From: Candidatus Hadarchaeum sp.
GTDB taxonomy: Archaea > Hadarchaeota > Hadarchaeia > Hadarchaeales > Hadarchaeaceae
NCBI RefSeq assembly: GCF_049969415.1
Contig: NZ_JBMFOX010000001.1
Location: 50,525 to 114,524 of the forward strand
Direction: 5' to 3'
Length of the DNA: 64,000 nt
Each line of letters starts with the position of its first letter. The first letter of the stretch is position 1. The notes under the pieces were generated by a model, which had not been told where the DNA came from, ran no database searches, and was given only the letters and a program-made list of their open reading frames with translations. The translations under genes and the position numbers were made by a program. Positions 8,498 through 20,229 of the stretch are shown piece by piece.

Positions 8498-9802
8498 ATG
8501 ATGATCAAGTACATCCGGGACCCGATACACGGTTACATCGGCATAACTGATGTGGAACGCCGGATAATTGACACCTGGCCTGTCCAGCGTCTCCGCGGGA
8601 TAAAGCAGCTCTCAATCGCATCGCTCGTCTATCCCGGCGGCGAACACACCAGGTTTTCTCACTCGCTGGGCGCCATGCATGTGGCGGGCCTGATCGCTGA
8701 CTCGCTGAAAAAAAGCGTTGAAATCTCAGAAAATGATTGGCAGCTTGTCAGGCTCGCCAGCCTTCTTCATGACGTTGGTCACGGTCCCTTCTCGCATTCC
8801 TACGAAGAACTGATTGCGGAAAAGCGCGGCCTCAATCACGAGCAGATGGGAGCAAGAATCGTGAAGGAGAGCGAACTCGCCGACGTGCTGAAGGACTGCG
8901 GCTACAGCCCGGATGAAATCGTCGATCTCGCCTTTGGCAAGGCGAGGAAGCGAAGCGACTATCTGCACCAGATAACGGCCAGCCAGGTTGATTCTGACAA
9001 GCTCGACTTTCTGGTCCGGGACTCCTACTACACCGGCGTCGAATACGGTCGCATCGACATCAACCGGCTGATTCAGGCGATGGACGTCTACGGCAACGAC
9101 ATCGCCATTGACCTAAAGGCGCTCTATGCGCTCGAGGCATTCATGATAGCAAGATACGAGATGTTCCTCGCCGTCTACTACCACCACGCCGTAAGATCCG
9201 CGGAGATCATGCTCCACAAGGCGATGGGCCACGCTGATGAAATCATCGGGCTGACTTCATTCACCGATGTTAACGAGTTCCTGAAGATGGACGACGGCTA
9301 TGTGGCAACCAAACTGAGGGAGCTTAACCCCGCCGACTTTAACGATCCTGAAAAAAGACGGCAGGTCGAAAAGGCCAAGGAGATAATGAGGATGCTGGAC
9401 AACCGAAAGCTCCTCAAGGTAGCCTACCAGCGAGATGTTCACGTCAAGGACGCCTACGTGGCAAAATTGCTGAGCGACAAAAACGTGAGGCGGCAGAAGG
9501 AGCAGGAGATTGCGAGGCTGGCTGGCGTCGAGAACGATGATGTGGTGGTGGACGTGCCAACGCTGGACTCCATTCCTTATTATCCTCGTGAAATCGATCC
9601 TATGGAAATCCCTGTTTTCACCTACATCGGCGGAAACAAGGAACTAGTGCAGCTCTCAAGGTACTCGCGGTTGATCAACGTGCTGAAGGGATACGTCGAC
9701 ATAATCCGGGTCTACACGAGCCCCAGCCACAGAAATAACGTTGAAAAAGCCGCTGGCGAGGTCTTCAAGACGCTGCCCTTTTCCGCCCAGATAAACATGT
9801 AG
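8498..9802 (+). CDS. HD-domain phosphohydrolase (dNTP triphosphohydrolase/SAMHD1-like)
   Basis: IRDPIHG, QRLRGIKQL, HTRFSHSLG, LLHDVGHGPFSH, DSDKLDFLVRDS and VYYHH motifs. Confidence 0.92.
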   Translation: MMIKYIRDPIHGYIGITDVERRIIDTWPVQRLRGIKQLSIASLVYPGGEHTRFSHSLGAMHVAGLIADSLKKSVEISENDWQLVRLASLLHDVGHGPFSHSYEELIAEKRGLNHEQMGARIVKESELADVLKDCGYSPDEIVDLAFGKARKRSDYLHQITASQVDSDKLDFLVRDSYYTGVEYGRIDINRLIQAMDVYGNDIAIDLKALYALEAFMIARYEMFLAVYYHHAVRSAEIMLHKAMGHADEIIGLTSFTDVNEFLKMDDGYVATKLRELNPADFNDPEKRRQVEKAKEIMRMLDNRKLLKVAYQRDVHVKDAYVAKLLSDKNVRRQKEQEIARLAGVENDDVVVDVPTLDSIPYYPREIDPMEIPVFTYIGGNKELVQLSRYSRLINVLKGYVDIIRVYTSPSHRNNVEKAAGEVFKTLPFSAQINM

Positions 9803-9817
9803 TTTGTCTGAAAAAGG

Positions 9818-10408
9818 TCAAAGCAGATTTTCCACCAATTTTCTAATTTCCGCCTGGACCTCCCCGACGGGGCGGTTGCCATCGACCACCTTCATCCGGT
9901 ATAACTTAGCGATGCTCAGATAGGCCTGCCGGACCCTTCGCTGGAGCTCAAGGTTGCTTTCAAATTCATCGAGCCTGCGCGAACGATTAATTCTCTGACT
10001 CGAAACCTCCGGTGGAACGTCTATCAGTATCATCAGGTCCGGATCCGGGGCCATCTCGTTTATCTTCATTACCCACCTGAGGGGAAGCCCACGGGCCGAC
10101 TGATAGGCCAGCGAAGAGGCCTTGTATCTATCGGAAATAACAATCTTGCCCGAATTCACAGCCGGAGCTATAACCTGCTCCACATGCTGCAACCGGTCGG
10201 CGGCGAAGAGAAGGGCCTCAGCGGCCACGGGCAACTTAAGATTCCCTCGCAGGGCCAACTTTATTATTTTCCCGATCGGGCCTCGAGTGGGCTCTTCGGT
10301 GACCAAGACCCCATGACCCATTCTTCGCAACCAGCTGGCGAGCAATCTTGCCTGGATGCTCTTACCGCTTCCGTCCAAGCCCTCGAGGCAAATGAACTTC
10401 CCCTTCAC
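9818..10408 (-). CDS. tmk: Thymidylate kinase
   Basis: EGLDGSGKS P-loop, LLFAADR, SDRYKASSLAYQ. Confidence 0.95.
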   Translation of the reverse strand: MKGKFICLEGLDGSGKSIQARLLASWLRRMGHGVLVTEEPTRGPIGKIIKLALRGNLKLPVAAEALLFAADRLQHVEQVIAPAVNSGKIVISDRYKASSLAYQSARGLPLRWVMKINEMAPDPDLMILIDVPPEVSSQRINRSRRLDEFESNLELQRRVRQAYLSIAKLYRMKVVDGNRPVGEVQAEIRKLVENLL

Positions 10409-10454
10409 CCAAGCACCAGAGCAAAGTCTTCTCCGAGGGATATGTATTTATCGC

Positions 10455-11645
10455 CTAAGCCACGGGCAGAGGCAGGCAGAGGACAAACACCACCAATGCC
10501 GCCGCCGCTAAAATTTTATGGCGCGTCGACAGCGGCGAAACATCGTCCAGGGCCCCGGGATGATAGCCCCGGAAGAAAACCAGAATCAACAGACCCCAGA
10601 CGAAAAAGATCGGCATCTCAGGGAAGGCCAGTCCGAGCAGCATCAGCAAAAACCCCAGCATCCGGGTCAGTATATAGTGGCGCTGCCCGCCCAGGAGCGC
10701 CCGGGCGATGTGCCCTCCATCAAGCTGTCCCACCGGAATCATGTTAAACATCGTGAGGAGCATTACCACCCAGCCGGAGAAGGTCAGCGGGTTGAGCTCA
10801 AAGGCGCTGGTGAACCTGCCCAGGGTTACCAGCTGCAGCAGGCCGAACATTACCGGAACAAACGGCAGCGGATTTTCCAGTGAACTCGGGGTTGAAAGCG
10901 ATAGGCCGATGAAGGTTATTATCGCCGAAAGAACAAAGCCAGTGATGGGCCCTGAGGCGCCCATCTCAACCAGCGCCTCCTTAGTTGGTATGGGGCTCTT
11001 GATGTTGATAACCGCTCCAAATGTCCCCAGCGGGAACGGTGGCGGAGCGGGAATGAAGTAGGGCAGTGTTGAAGCAACCCTGTTGTGCCAGGCCGAGAGC
11101 TTATGGCCCATCTCATGAGCCACCAGCATGGCCAAAAGGGAAGCGGAGAAGAGAGCTGCGCTTCCAAGGGAGCTCTCAAAGAGATAGTATCCCGCAACAA
11201 AGGTCGATGCCACCGTGGCGGCGAAAAGGGCCAAATTGACCACGGGGCTGCCGCCGCGGACAGGAGGGCTCCTCACCAGCGCCAGCTTTAGTTCGCCCTC
11301 CTGCACACGCATCACTGGGAGGTAATTTTCCTTTTTCAGAACCCGCAACAGATAGCGAAAGCCGCTGCGGGGATTACGCGATGACACCTCCATTTCAATC
11401 CTGTCCCTCCGCCCCACCATGTCCAAGATCTCAAATTTCTTTGTAACCTGTTCCAGCATCCTGACCAGCCAATCAGGCGCTTCCTCAGCAACAACCTTGA
11501 AACTGCCGCCGCACCTAGGACAGCCCCCCGGAATTATCTCACCGACTTTGCGGGCCGACATCCGATAATCGCTATACTGGCACTCCGTGCACTCAAATCT
11601 CTTTATCGGGGGCAGTTTCCCCATTTCATCACCCGCATCGATCAC
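10455..11645 (-). CDS. Site-2 protease (M50) with N-terminal CxxC...CxxC Zn-ribbon
   Basis: AHEMGH, GTFGAVI and NMIPVGQLDGGH; N-terminal CTEC...CPRC. Confidence 0.9.
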   Translation of the reverse strand: MIDAGDEMGKLPPIKRFECTECQYSDYRMSARKVGEIIPGGCPRCGGSFKVVAEEAPDWLVRMLEQVTKKFEILDMVGRRDRIEMEVSSRNPRSGFRYLLRVLKKENYLPVMRVQEGELKLALVRSPPVRGGSPVVNLALFAATVASTFVAGYYLFESSLGSAALFSASLLAMLVAHEMGHKLSAWHNRVASTLPYFIPAPPPFPLGTFGAVINIKSPIPTKEALVEMGASGPITGFVLSAIITFIGLSLSTPSSLENPLPFVPVMFGLLQLVTLGRFTSAFELNPLTFSGWVVMLLTMFNMIPVGQLDGGHIARALLGGQRHYILTRMLGFLLMLLGLAFPEMPIFFVWGLLILVFFRGYHPGALDDVSPLSTRHKILAAAALVVFVLCLPLPVA

Positions 11646-12205
11646 TCGCCGGCACCGGACCAGCGAGGATACAGCCCGTGATCGATGCCAAACATCTCCA
11701 AAACTCTTCCTACGATGAAGTCCACGAGGTCCGATATCTCCTTGGGTCGAATGTAAAAGGCCGGAGCTGCGGGCAGGATAACGGCCCCCGCCTGCCTGAG
11801 CTTTACCATGTTTTCCAGATGAATCAGGTTAAGAGGAGTCTCCCGCGGAACCAGCACCAGTCTCCGGTTCTGCTTGAGGGTCACGTCGGCCGCACGGGTG
11901 ATCAAATCGTGGGAAATGCCGTTGGCGATTTCACCCAGTGTTTTCATGCTGCACGGAATCACCACCATGCCGTCGACCTGATAAGACCCGCTTGAAGGAG
12001 GCGCCTCCAGGTCATCCGGAGAATAGCTCCGTGCGGAAATTTTACAAAGATCTGCAGCAGTTTTTCCCGTCTCCATCTCCAGAATTTTTTCCGCGTTTCT
12101 TGAAATGATGAGCTCCGTCTCTATCTCCAGATTTTTACACGCCTCGAGAAATCTCAACCCGTACAGGGCACCGCTCGCCCCAGTCAAAGCGACAATTAAA
12201 CGCAT
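11642..12205 (-). CDS. ubiX: Flavin prenyltransferase UbiX
   Basis: ALTGASG, SSGS, PCSMKTL, RAADVTLK, VPRETPL and PAFY. Confidence 0.95.
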   Translation of the reverse strand: MRLIVALTGASGALYGLRFLEACKNLEIETELIISRNAEKILEMETGKTAADLCKISARSYSPDDLEAPPSSGSYQVDGMVVIPCSMKTLGEIANGISHDLITRAADVTLKQNRRLVLVPRETPLNLIHLENMVKLRQAGAVILPAAPAFYIRPKEISDLVDFIVGRVLEMFGIDHGLYPRWSGAGE

Positions 12206-12253
12206 ATTTTCACCACTAATATCTTTACTGAACTAATATAACCGCCACCTGCG

Positions 12254-13396
12254 TCAATGCTGGGCGACCACCTGTTCAACCTTTCGCACCACTTCATCGC
12301 CAACTTCAGAAGTGCTCGATTTTCCACCAAGATCATAAGTCCTGACCTTCCCCTCCTGAAGCACTTTGACGACGGCCGCCTCGATGACGTCCGCGAGGCT
12401 CTGCTCACCCAGCTCCTCAAGCATCATCTGTCCGGCTAAAATCGTGGCTATCGGGTTGGCCACATTTTTCCCTGCATGCTTGGGTGCCGAACCGTGAATG
12501 GGCTCGAACATGCTGACGCCGTCGGGATTGATGTTACCGCCCGGCGCCAAGCCCAAGCCCCCCTGAATCATGGCGCCGAGATCGGTGATGATGTCTCCGA
12601 ACATGTTTGGGGTCACCACCACCTGATACCATTCGGGATTCTTCACGAACCACATGGTGATGGCATCCACAAAGGCCAACTCGGTTTCAATCTCGGGATA
12701 ATCCTTAGCCACCGCCTCGAAGACCTCTCGCCAGAGCCCGTAAACATTGGTGAGCACATTGGCCTTGTCTACTGAGGTTACGCGCTTTTTCCCCTTCCGC
12801 CGTGCCAGCTCAAAGGAATAGCGGATAACTCTCTCCGTCCCCCTCCGGCTAATGACCCCGAGCTGATAGGCAATCTCATCCCGATCCACATCGATGTCCA
12901 GATTAAATTTCGCCTCATAGAGCGACCTGATGAGGTCTAGCTCGGCCTTGGACTTGCCCCAGGCCCTTCCGCCCAGAGCCACGTAAAAGTCCTCGGTGTT
13001 CTCCCTGACGACAAAGAAATTCACGTGCTCAGGGCCCTTCCCCACCAGCGGGCACGGGACTCCCGGATAGAGCTTAACCGGGCGCAGATTTACATACTGG
13101 TCGAAGTAAAAACGGAGCCGCAGCAGTATCCCCTGCTCCAAGATTCCAGTCGGTACCCTAGGATCGCCCAAGGCCCCGAGGTAAACCGCGTCCATCTGAG
13201 ACAGTTCCCTCAGCGCTTCTTCAGGGATCAACTCCTTAGTTCTGAGGTAGTGTTCGGCACCGTAGGGGAACTCCACAAAATCAAACTCGACTCCGCCAAC
13301 CACATCGGCCGCGGCACGAAGGACCTTCACGCCCTCCCGAATGACCTCGGGGCCAACGCCGTCGCCCGGAATGACCGCGATTTTGTATTTCCTCAA
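12254..13396 (-). CDS. leuB: 3-isopropylmalate dehydrogenase (isocitrate/isopropylmalate dehydrogenase family)
   Basis: [32 protein letters not shown] and EPIHGSAP; follows leuCD; probable TTG start at 13396 with GGTGA RBS. Confidence 0.88.
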   Translation of the reverse strand: MRKYKIAVIPGDGVGPEVIREGVKVLRAAADVVGGVEFDFVEFPYGAEHYLRTKELIPEEALRELSQMDAVYLGALGDPRVPTGILEQGILLRLRFYFDQYVNLRPVKLYPGVPCPLVGKGPEHVNFFVVRENTEDFYVALGGRAWGKSKAELDLIRSLYEAKFNLDIDVDRDEIAYQLGVISRRGTERVIRYSFELARRKGKKRVTSVDKANVLTNVYGLWREVFEAVAKDYPEIETELAFVDAITMWFVKNPEWYQVVVTPNMFGDIITDLGAMIQGGLGLAPGGNINPDGVSMFEPIHGSAPKHAGKNVANPIATILAGQMMLEELGEQSLADVIEAAVVKVLQEGKVRTYDLGGKSSTSEVGDEVVRKVEQVVAQH

Positions 13397-13436
13397 AACC
13401 TTCACCGGAACAATTTCAATGCGGGACCTCTTAAGC

Positions 13437-13952
13437 TTAAACCGCAGATTTTTTCCCCATGTTGCCGCTTTTCCGTCCCATCCTTTTGAGGTAAGGCAAC
13501 AGGCCCCCGGCCCGAAGGATTTCCATGAGAAAATCAGGGAGCGGCTCGGCCTTGAATTTCTTGCCCGTTCGGGTGTTGAGCACCTCACCCTTGCTGATGT
13601 TCACCTTGATACCATCGCCCGTCTTGAAGCCCCGCCGCGCCTCCCGGGAGACCAGAACCGGCAATCCTTGATTTATCGCGTTCCGGAAAAATATCCGGGC
13701 AAATGACTCCGCGACCACGGCGGCAATTCCCGCTCCCCGCAACGCGATGGGTGCGTGCTCCCGGCTCGAGCCACAGCCAAAGTTCTTTCCAGCCACGATG
13801 ACATCTCCTTTTCTGACCTTGGCGGCGAACTCGGGATCCACCGCCTCCATCACGTGCTTCGCCAGCTCCTTTGGATCCCGCTGGACCAAATAGCGCCCAG
13901 CGATGATGTCATCGGTTGAGATGTTGTCCCCAAAGACCCAAGCCCTGACCAT
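13437..13952 (-). CDS. leuD: 3-isopropylmalate dehydratase small subunit
   Basis: [21 protein letters not shown] and [12 protein letters not shown]. Confidence 0.92.
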   Translation of the reverse strand: MVRAWVFGDNISTDDIIAGRYLVQRDPKELAKHVMEAVDPEFAAKVRKGDVIVAGKNFGCGSSREHAPIALRGAGIAAVVAESFARIFFRNAINQGLPVLVSREARRGFKTGDGIKVNISKGEVLNTRTGKKFKAEPLPDFLMEILRAGGLLPYLKRMGRKSGNMGKKSAV

Positions 13953-15208
13953 CACACATCCCTCGGATCAGTTATCTCCCCCTTCAGGGCCGAGGCGGCC
14001 ACCGTCGCCGGCGAGCCGAGATAGACTTGGGCCTCGGGGCTGCCCATGCGTCCCCGGAAATTCCTGTTGGAAGAGGAGATGCAGACCTCACCGGGCCCGA
14101 GAATTCCTATGTGTCCGCCCATGCAGGCTGCGCAGGAAGGCGATCCCACCATGGCACCGGCCCCGACGAACTTTTGCAGCAACCCCTTTTCCAGCGCCTC
14201 AAGGTAAACCTCGCGCGAGGCGGGTACGACCAACATCCTCACTCCCCGGGCTATTTTTCTACCCTTCAAAATTCTGGCGGCCTCGATCAGGTCTTCAAGC
14301 CGGCCGTTGGTGCAGCTGCCTAAAAACGCCTGATCCACCTTTACCCCGGCCACCTCGCGCACAGGGCGCACCTTATCCACGTGGTGAGGTATGGCCACCT
14401 GAGGTTCGATTCGAGACAAATCGTAATCTCTCTCCTCCACATAGCTCGCGCCCGGATCGCTGTAAATTGCTTGATAATCCCATTTGGCCCTGCCTGCCAA
14501 ATATCTGGCTGTAATCTCATCCGCCGGGACAATCGCGGTCTTCGCCCCCATTTCCACCCCCATATTGCACATCGTCATCCTTCCACCAACGCTAATGCCC
14601 TTCAGACCATTGCCGGCAAACTCGATGGCGCGGTAATTGGCGCCGTCCGCCCCGACATCACCCACCAGCCTCAGCACCACGTCCTTCGGGAGGACCCGGT
14701 CTCTAAGCCTCCCTTCAACTTTTATGAGCATACTCTCGGGCACCCGGAACCAAAGTTTCCCTGTGGCAAACACCGCGGCCATGTCCGTGGAACCTATTCC
14801 CGTGGCAAAACAGCCAAAGGCACCATAGGTACAGGTGTGGGAATCGGCTCCGACGATAAGTTCACCAGGAAGCGCGAAACCGTGTTCCGGCAGCACCTGA
14901 TGGCAAACGCCCTCATTAACATCAAAGAAGTTCTGGATGTTATTCTTCGCCGCAAACCTGCGCAGCCTGATGTGCTCCTTTGACGCCTCAATGGATATCG
15001 ATGGCGCCTGGTGATCCAAAACGATTACCACCCTTGAGGGATCCCAGACGCCCTCGACTCCAATCTGCTCCAAGGCCTCAATCGTGATGGGTCCGGTAAT
15101 ATCATTAATCATGGCCACGTCGACCCGGGCCTCAACTATCTCGCCCGGAGAAACACTTTGACGCCCTGACGCCCGGGCCAGTATTTTCTCGGCAATCGTC
15201 ATCGGCAT
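13952..15208 (-). CDS. leuC: 3-isopropylmalate dehydratase large subunit
   Basis: GADSHTCTYG, GSCTNGR, CAACMG and SNRNFRGRMG; aconitase family inside the BCAA cluster. Confidence 0.92.
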   Translation of the reverse strand: MPMTIAEKILARASGRQSVSPGEIVEARVDVAMINDITGPITIEALEQIGVEGVWDPSRVVIVLDHQAPSISIEASKEHIRLRRFAAKNNIQNFFDVNEGVCHQVLPEHGFALPGELIVGADSHTCTYGAFGCFATGIGSTDMAAVFATGKLWFRVPESMLIKVEGRLRDRVLPKDVVLRLVGDVGADGANYRAIEFAGNGLKGISVGGRMTMCNMGVEMGAKTAIVPADEITARYLAGRAKWDYQAIYSDPGASYVEERDYDLSRIEPQVAIPHHVDKVRPVREVAGVKVDQAFLGSCTNGRLEDLIEAARILKGRKIARGVRMLVVPASREVYLEALEKGLLQKFVGAGAMVGSPSCAACMGGHIGILGPGEVCISSSNRNFRGRMGSPEAQVYLGSPATVAASALKGEITDPRDV

Positions 15209-15284
15209 AAAGTTCCAACCAGATTAAGTGGCTCAAACTTTAAGTTTTATTGTAGTTATCACACAACGACAATATTTTCCAAAA

Positions 15285-16943
15285 TCAGATTCTTATGGCC
15301 CCCTCTGCAGCCGAAGTGACCACCTGGGAGTAATGGCCCAAATATCCCGTCTTTATTTTAGGCGGACGCAACTTTACCTTGGCCAGCCTTTCCTGAAGCT
15401 CTTCTTCTGGAACCAGTACCTCCAGCCGGCGGCGCGGGATGTCGATCAAGATCTTATCCCCTTCGGCAACGGTCGCAATCGGACCCCGCTCGGCAGCCTC
15501 GGGCGAGACATGCCCCACCGCCGCTCCACGTGTGCCTCCGGAGAATCTACCATCAGTCACCAGAGCCACTGAGTCAATTAATCCCAGTCCGGCTAGGGCG
15601 GAAGTGGCCGCAAGCATCTCACGCATTCCCGGACCTCCCTTGGGGCCCTCGTACCGAATAACAACCACATCACCGCGCCTGATCTTGCCGGACAGTATCG
15701 CCCTCACGGCGTCCTCCTCGCAATCGAACACCCGGGCCGGCCCCGTATGCCGAATCATTTTCGGGCTCACGCCAGCATACTTTATCACGGCTCCACGGGG
15801 GGCCAAACTGCCGAACAAAATCGCGATGCCGCCCTCGCGATGGTAGGGTTTTTTCAGCGGCCTGATTACCCCATTGTTCGGCATCCTGACGAACTTCAAG
15901 TTATCTCGGACACTCCTGCCGGTGACGGTGAGCGGTGAGCCCCGGACGAGATTACTGAGCCTCTTCAGGACTGCAGGTATTCCCCCAGCCCGATCCAGAT
16001 CCAGCATCGTGTTGGGACCGCTGGGCCTCAGGCTGCAGATGTGTGGCGTCCTTCGGCTCAATCGGTCAAAGAGATCCAAGTCCAGCTTGATCCCGGCCTC
16101 GTGGGCGATTGCCGGAAGATGGAGCACGGTATTCGTCGAGCCACCAATGGCCATGTCCACTATCACCGCATTCTCAAAGGCAGGCTTGGTCATTATTTTT
16201 CTTGGAGTTATCCCAAGACGAAGCAAAGTCAAAACTTGAGAACCGCTTTTCTTAGCCAAGATGAATTTTCTGGAGTCGACGGCGTGGGTGGTGGCCATTC
16301 CGGGAAGAGACATGCCCATCGCCTCGGTGAGACAGGCCATGGTGTTGGCTGTGAACAGTCCGGCGCAGGAACCGCAACCAGGACAACAGCGTTCCTCAAT
16401 CAACCGGGCCTCTCTTTCACTCATCTTGCCAGATTTAACCGCACCGACGGCCTCGAAGGCGCTGATCACATCCAGCTTCTGGCCCTGCCACTCTCCCGGC
16501 AGCATCGGTCCACCGGTGACCATTATCCCGGGGATGTTCACCCGCGCCATGGCCATAAGCATCCCGGGGACGATCTTGTCGCAGCTGGCCACGCAAACCA
16601 CGGCATCAAATCGGTGGGCCTCAAGCATCAGCTCCACGCTGTCGGCGATTATCTCCCGCGAAGGCAGCGAATAGCACATGCCGCGGGTGCCCATCGAGAT
16701 ACCGTCACAGATAGCAATCGTGTTAAACTCAAATGGGGTCCCGCCGGCCTCCCGAATCCCTGCCGCCACAGCCTCCCCCAGCTGTCGCAGGTGCAGATGT
16801 CCCGGAACGATGTTGGTGTAAGAGTTGGCTATGGCGACAAACGGTCTTTCAAAATCACTATCACTCAGCCCATCCGCCCGCAAAAGAGCTCTACGAGGAA
16901 GGCTCTCTAAACCGGTCACCACCTCTCGGCTGCGCAGCTTCAT
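15285..16943 (-). CDS. ilvD: Dihydroxy-acid dehydratase
   Basis: [38 protein letters not shown] and TDGRFSGGT. Confidence 0.97.
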   Translation of the reverse strand: MKLRSREVVTGLESLPRRALLRADGLSDSDFERPFVAIANSYTNIVPGHLHLRQLGEAVAAGIREAGGTPFEFNTIAICDGISMGTRGMCYSLPSREIIADSVELMLEAHRFDAVVCVASCDKIVPGMLMAMARVNIPGIMVTGGPMLPGEWQGQKLDVISAFEAVGAVKSGKMSEREARLIEERCCPGCGSCAGLFTANTMACLTEAMGMSLPGMATTHAVDSRKFILAKKSGSQVLTLLRLGITPRKIMTKPAFENAVIVDMAIGGSTNTVLHLPAIAHEAGIKLDLDLFDRLSRRTPHICSLRPSGPNTMLDLDRAGGIPAVLKRLSNLVRGSPLTVTGRSVRDNLKFVRMPNNGVIRPLKKPYHREGGIAILFGSLAPRGAVIKYAGVSPKMIRHTGPARVFDCEEDAVRAILSGKIRRGDVVVIRYEGPKGGPGMREMLAATSALAGLGLIDSVALVTDGRFSGGTRGAAVGHVSPEAAERGPIATVAEGDKILIDIPRRRLEVLVPEEELQERLAKVKLRPPKIKTGYLGHYSQVVTSAAEGAIRI

Positions 16944-17015
16944 CGGTCCTGCCTCCGAGTAGGCTTCACGTTCTCAATATAAATTTCTGGCGGTTCAGTA
17001 ACTGGGGATAAAGGA

Positions 17016-18002
17016 TTACTTCTCGATTCCAGCCCACTTTCTCAGCTCTCTTCCGACCTTCTCGACCAGATGCTTCTTGCCTTCCTCCCGCATCCTTCGC
17101 AGGTTCGGCAGGCCCGCCTTGCTCTCCGCAATCCATTCCTTGGCAAACTTTCCGCTCTTTATCTCCTCAAGCATTCTCTTCATCGTTTTCCGCGCTCTCT
17201 CGTCGATTATCCACTTGCCCCTGGTGCGGCCGCCGTATTCCGCGGTGTTGCTGACGGCCTTCATCATGCCCTCAATACCGTGCTCGTAGACTAGGTCGAC
17301 AATCAGCTTCAGCTCGTTGATGCATTCGAAATAGGCTATCTCCGGCTGATAGCCCGCCTCGACCAAGGTCTCAAAACCGGCGATCATCAGTTCGGAAACT
17401 CCGCCCACCAACACAGCCTGCTCACCGAAAAGGTCCGTCTCCACCTCCTCCTTGAACGTGGTTTCAACCACACCGATTCTAGTCAGACCCGCCCCTTTTG
17501 CCATTGCCAAAGCTATCTTCTTTGCCTTTCCGCTGGCGTCCTGCTCCACGGCCAGCAATCCCGGCGTTCCGGAACCGCGCTCGTACATCTGCCGCAACAT
17601 TGCCCCCGGCGCCTTTGGGGCGATCATGATTACATCCACGTCCTTGGGCGGCACTATCTGCTTGAAGTGGATGTTGAATCCATGGCTAAAGCAAAGGACC
17701 TTGCCCGGGCTTAGGTGCTGCTGGATATGCTCTCGATAGACGTCCGCCTGATATTCATCCGGGATTAAAATGTGGACGATGTCGGCACGTTTGGCAGCTT
17801 CTGGGATGTCGTAGACCTCAAAGCCATCCTGCTTGGCCTGCTCATAGCTGGCGTCCTTGATGTTGCCGATGATCACCTTGCAACCGGAATCCCTGAGGTT
17901 CTTGGCCTGTGCCTGACCCTGATTTCCATAACCAATGATGGCTATCGTCTTCCCCTTCAACGGAGAAATATCCGCATCCTTGTCATAGTAAATTTTCGCC
18001 AT
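17016..18002 (-). CDS. ilvC: Ketol-acid reductoisomerase
   Basis: [29 protein letters not shown] and SNTAEYG. Confidence 0.97.
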   Translation of the reverse strand: MAKIYYDKDADISPLKGKTIAIIGYGNQGQAQAKNLRDSGCKVIIGNIKDASYEQAKQDGFEVYDIPEAAKRADIVHILIPDEYQADVYREHIQQHLSPGKVLCFSHGFNIHFKQIVPPKDVDVIMIAPKAPGAMLRQMYERGSGTPGLLAVEQDASGKAKKIALAMAKGAGLTRIGVVETTFKEEVETDLFGEQAVLVGGVSELMIAGFETLVEAGYQPEIAYFECINELKLIVDLVYEHGIEGMMKAVSNTAEYGGRTRGKWIIDERARKTMKRMLEEIKSGKFAKEWIAESKAGLPNLRRMREEGKKHLVEKVGRELRKWAGIEK

Positions 18003-18012
18003 GTTATCCCTC

Positions 18013-18495
18013 TTAAGTTGTCTCTCGGGATATAAGAACCTGACCGGAACGGGCGACTTCCTTCAAAATCTCTGGCCCCAGCTCCTTGACCACCTTCTCA
18101 ATGTGCTCATGAGTGCCGCTGAGCTCGATAATCAAGACGTTTCCCTTGTTCTCCAACACCTTACCACCGGCGCTCTCAACCTGCTGTACCACCTTCCAGA
18201 GCTGGTCCTCGTCGAGCTTTCTCGTCTTCAACAACGCGATTTCCCGAGCAATGCTACGCTCAGGATCGATCACCTCGACGTCGATTATCGGCTCGGCTCG
18301 AAGAAGGATTCTGCGCATGAACTCAGCCATGCGATCGTCGGCTTGAAAGGTCAAAATAACTCTGGCTAAGCCGGTGGGTTCGATTCCTACCGTGATTGAG
18401 TCGAGGTTAATCTGTCGCCTGGTAAAGGATCGGGATATCCTCATCATGACCCCGGGGACATTCTGACAGAGCACGGAAAACATTCGCGTCTTCAT
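18013..18495 (-). CDS. ilvN: Acetolactate synthase small (regulatory, ACT) subunit
   Basis: [32 protein letters not shown] and EVARSG; between ilvB and ilvC. Confidence 0.9.
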   Translation of the reverse strand: MKTRMFSVLCQNVPGVMMRISRSFTRRQINLDSITVGIEPTGLARVILTFQADDRMAEFMRRILLRAEPIIDVEVIDPERSIAREIALLKTRKLDEDQLWKVVQQVESAGGKVLENKGNVLIIELSGTHEHIEKVVKELGPEILKEVARSGQVLISRETT

Positions 18496-18504
18496 CACTA
18501 ACAC

Positions 18505-20193
18505 CTATGTCAATATTGGTTCATCAAGCCTTCCCCCGGCTGGTACCATGGGCAACACGTGCTCATCGGGGTCAATCGGGATATCCAGAATAGCCGGCTT
18601 TCCGCAACTCAGCGCCTCCCGCAGCTTCGGTGCTATCTCGCTGGGCCTCGAGGCGCGATCACCCCAAGCGCCGTAGGCCTTGGCAAGCTTCACGAAATCA
18701 GGCACCCTACCCAAACAAACTGCCGAACGCCGTTTCTGGTAAAAAAGGTCCTGCCACTGCTTGACCATGCCCAGATAGCGGTTGTTGAAGATGCAGGAAA
18801 CTACATTTATCTTGTTTTCCACAACAGTAGCCAGCTCTTGGGAATTCATGAGGAAACTGCCGTCGCCGGCTATATTTACCACATCACATTCGGGTCGCGC
18901 AATTTTGACGCCCATCGAGGCGGGAAATCCGAACCCCATCGTCCCCAACCCTCCGGAGGAGATGAAATGCCGCGGTTTTTTGACAACGTAAAAGTGAGCC
19001 GCCCACATCTGACACTGCCCCACCTCGGTAACGATTATCGCGTCATCGCTGAGCACGCTCATGATCTCCTTAATAACCCGCTGCGGCTTGGTGGGAACTT
19101 CATCATAATCCATCCTCGGGGCTAGCTCCTCCCGCATCTTCTTCATCTTTTGCAACCAATCACTGGTCCTTCCCCGCTTCACCTGCAATTTGAGACCTTT
19201 GATTATCTCGGTGAGCGTGCGCTTAGCATCACCGATGATCGGCAAGTCCACGCGAACGTTCTTCCCCAGCTCAACCTGATCGATGTCGATGTGAATAATC
19301 TTGGCCCGTGGAGCAAAGTGACGGACATCACCGGTGGCGCGATCGCTGAACCTGACGCCCACACCCAGCAGGACATCGCATTCGCTCACGGCGAGGTTGG
19401 CCGCCATCCGGCCGTGCATGCCGAGCATTCCCAGCGCCAGTGGGTGGTCCTCGGGAATCACGCCCTTACCCATCAGCGATGTCACCACCGGAGCTCCCAA
19501 CAGCTCGGCCAAAGCGACAACCTCTGCCGACGCCGAAGACCAGATGACGCCGCCGCCGGCATAAATCACCGGCTGCTCGGCTTCTACCAACAGTTTAACC
19601 GCCTTCCGAACGTCTTCAGGATCTGGATCCAACTTTATCAACTTGGGATAATCCACTTGGGCGGGAATATTCAGGTCCGCCTCGCTCACCTGAACATCCT
19701 TGGGCAGGTCAATATGCACCGGACCCGGCCTTCCCGTGGTGGCTGTTTTGAAAGCGAGGCGGATAATGGTGGGAAGGTCGACGATGTTGCGAATGATGAA
19801 GTTGTGTTTGGTTATCGGCAGCATGATGCTCAGCATGTCGGCCTCCTGAAAAGCGTCACTGCCCAGCACGGAGTTCGGCATCTGCCCTGAGATGGCGACC
19901 ACGGGGGAGCTGTCCATGTAAGCGTTGAGAATTCCGGTGGTCAGATTGGTTGCCCCGGGGCCAGAAGTGGTCAGACAAACCCCTGGCCTACCTATGGCGC
20001 GGGCATAGCCATCTGCAGCGTGCGCTGCCGCCTGCTCGTGCCTAGTCAGGATATGGCGAATTTCGGTCTCATCATACAGGGCATCATAGGCCGGGATGAT
20101 AGCACCGCCTGGGATGCCAAAGATATCCCGCACGCCCTCCGCCTTCAAGGCTTCAAACAGCGCCTTGGCACCAGTCATTTTGGCCATAGACAC
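18505..20193 (-). CDS. ilvB: Acetolactate synthase large subunit
   Basis: GIPGG, RHEQAAAHAADGYAR, TSGPGATN, DAFQE and TPP motif GDGSFLMN. Confidence 0.97.
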   Translation of the reverse strand: MSMAKMTGAKALFEALKAEGVRDIFGIPGGAIIPAYDALYDETEIRHILTRHEQAAAHAADGYARAIGRPGVCLTTSGPGATNLTTGILNAYMDSSPVVAISGQMPNSVLGSDAFQEADMLSIMLPITKHNFIIRNIVDLPTIIRLAFKTATTGRPGPVHIDLPKDVQVSEADLNIPAQVDYPKLIKLDPDPEDVRKAVKLLVEAEQPVIYAGGGVIWSSASAEVVALAELLGAPVVTSLMGKGVIPEDHPLALGMLGMHGRMAANLAVSECDVLLGVGVRFSDRATGDVRHFAPRAKIIHIDIDQVELGKNVRVDLPIIGDAKRTLTEIIKGLKLQVKRGRTSDWLQKMKKMREELAPRMDYDEVPTKPQRVIKEIMSVLSDDAIIVTEVGQCQMWAAHFYVVKKPRHFISSGGLGTMGFGFPASMGVKIARPECDVVNIAGDGSFLMNSQELATVVENKINVVSCIFNNRYLGMVKQWQDLFYQKRRSAVCLGRVPDFVKLAKAYGAWGDRASRPSEIAPKLREALSCGKPAILDIPIDPDEHVLPMVPAGGRLDEPILT

Positions 20194-20229
20194 CAGCTAT
20201 AAAGTTATTATTCAATTGTTTATAAACAA

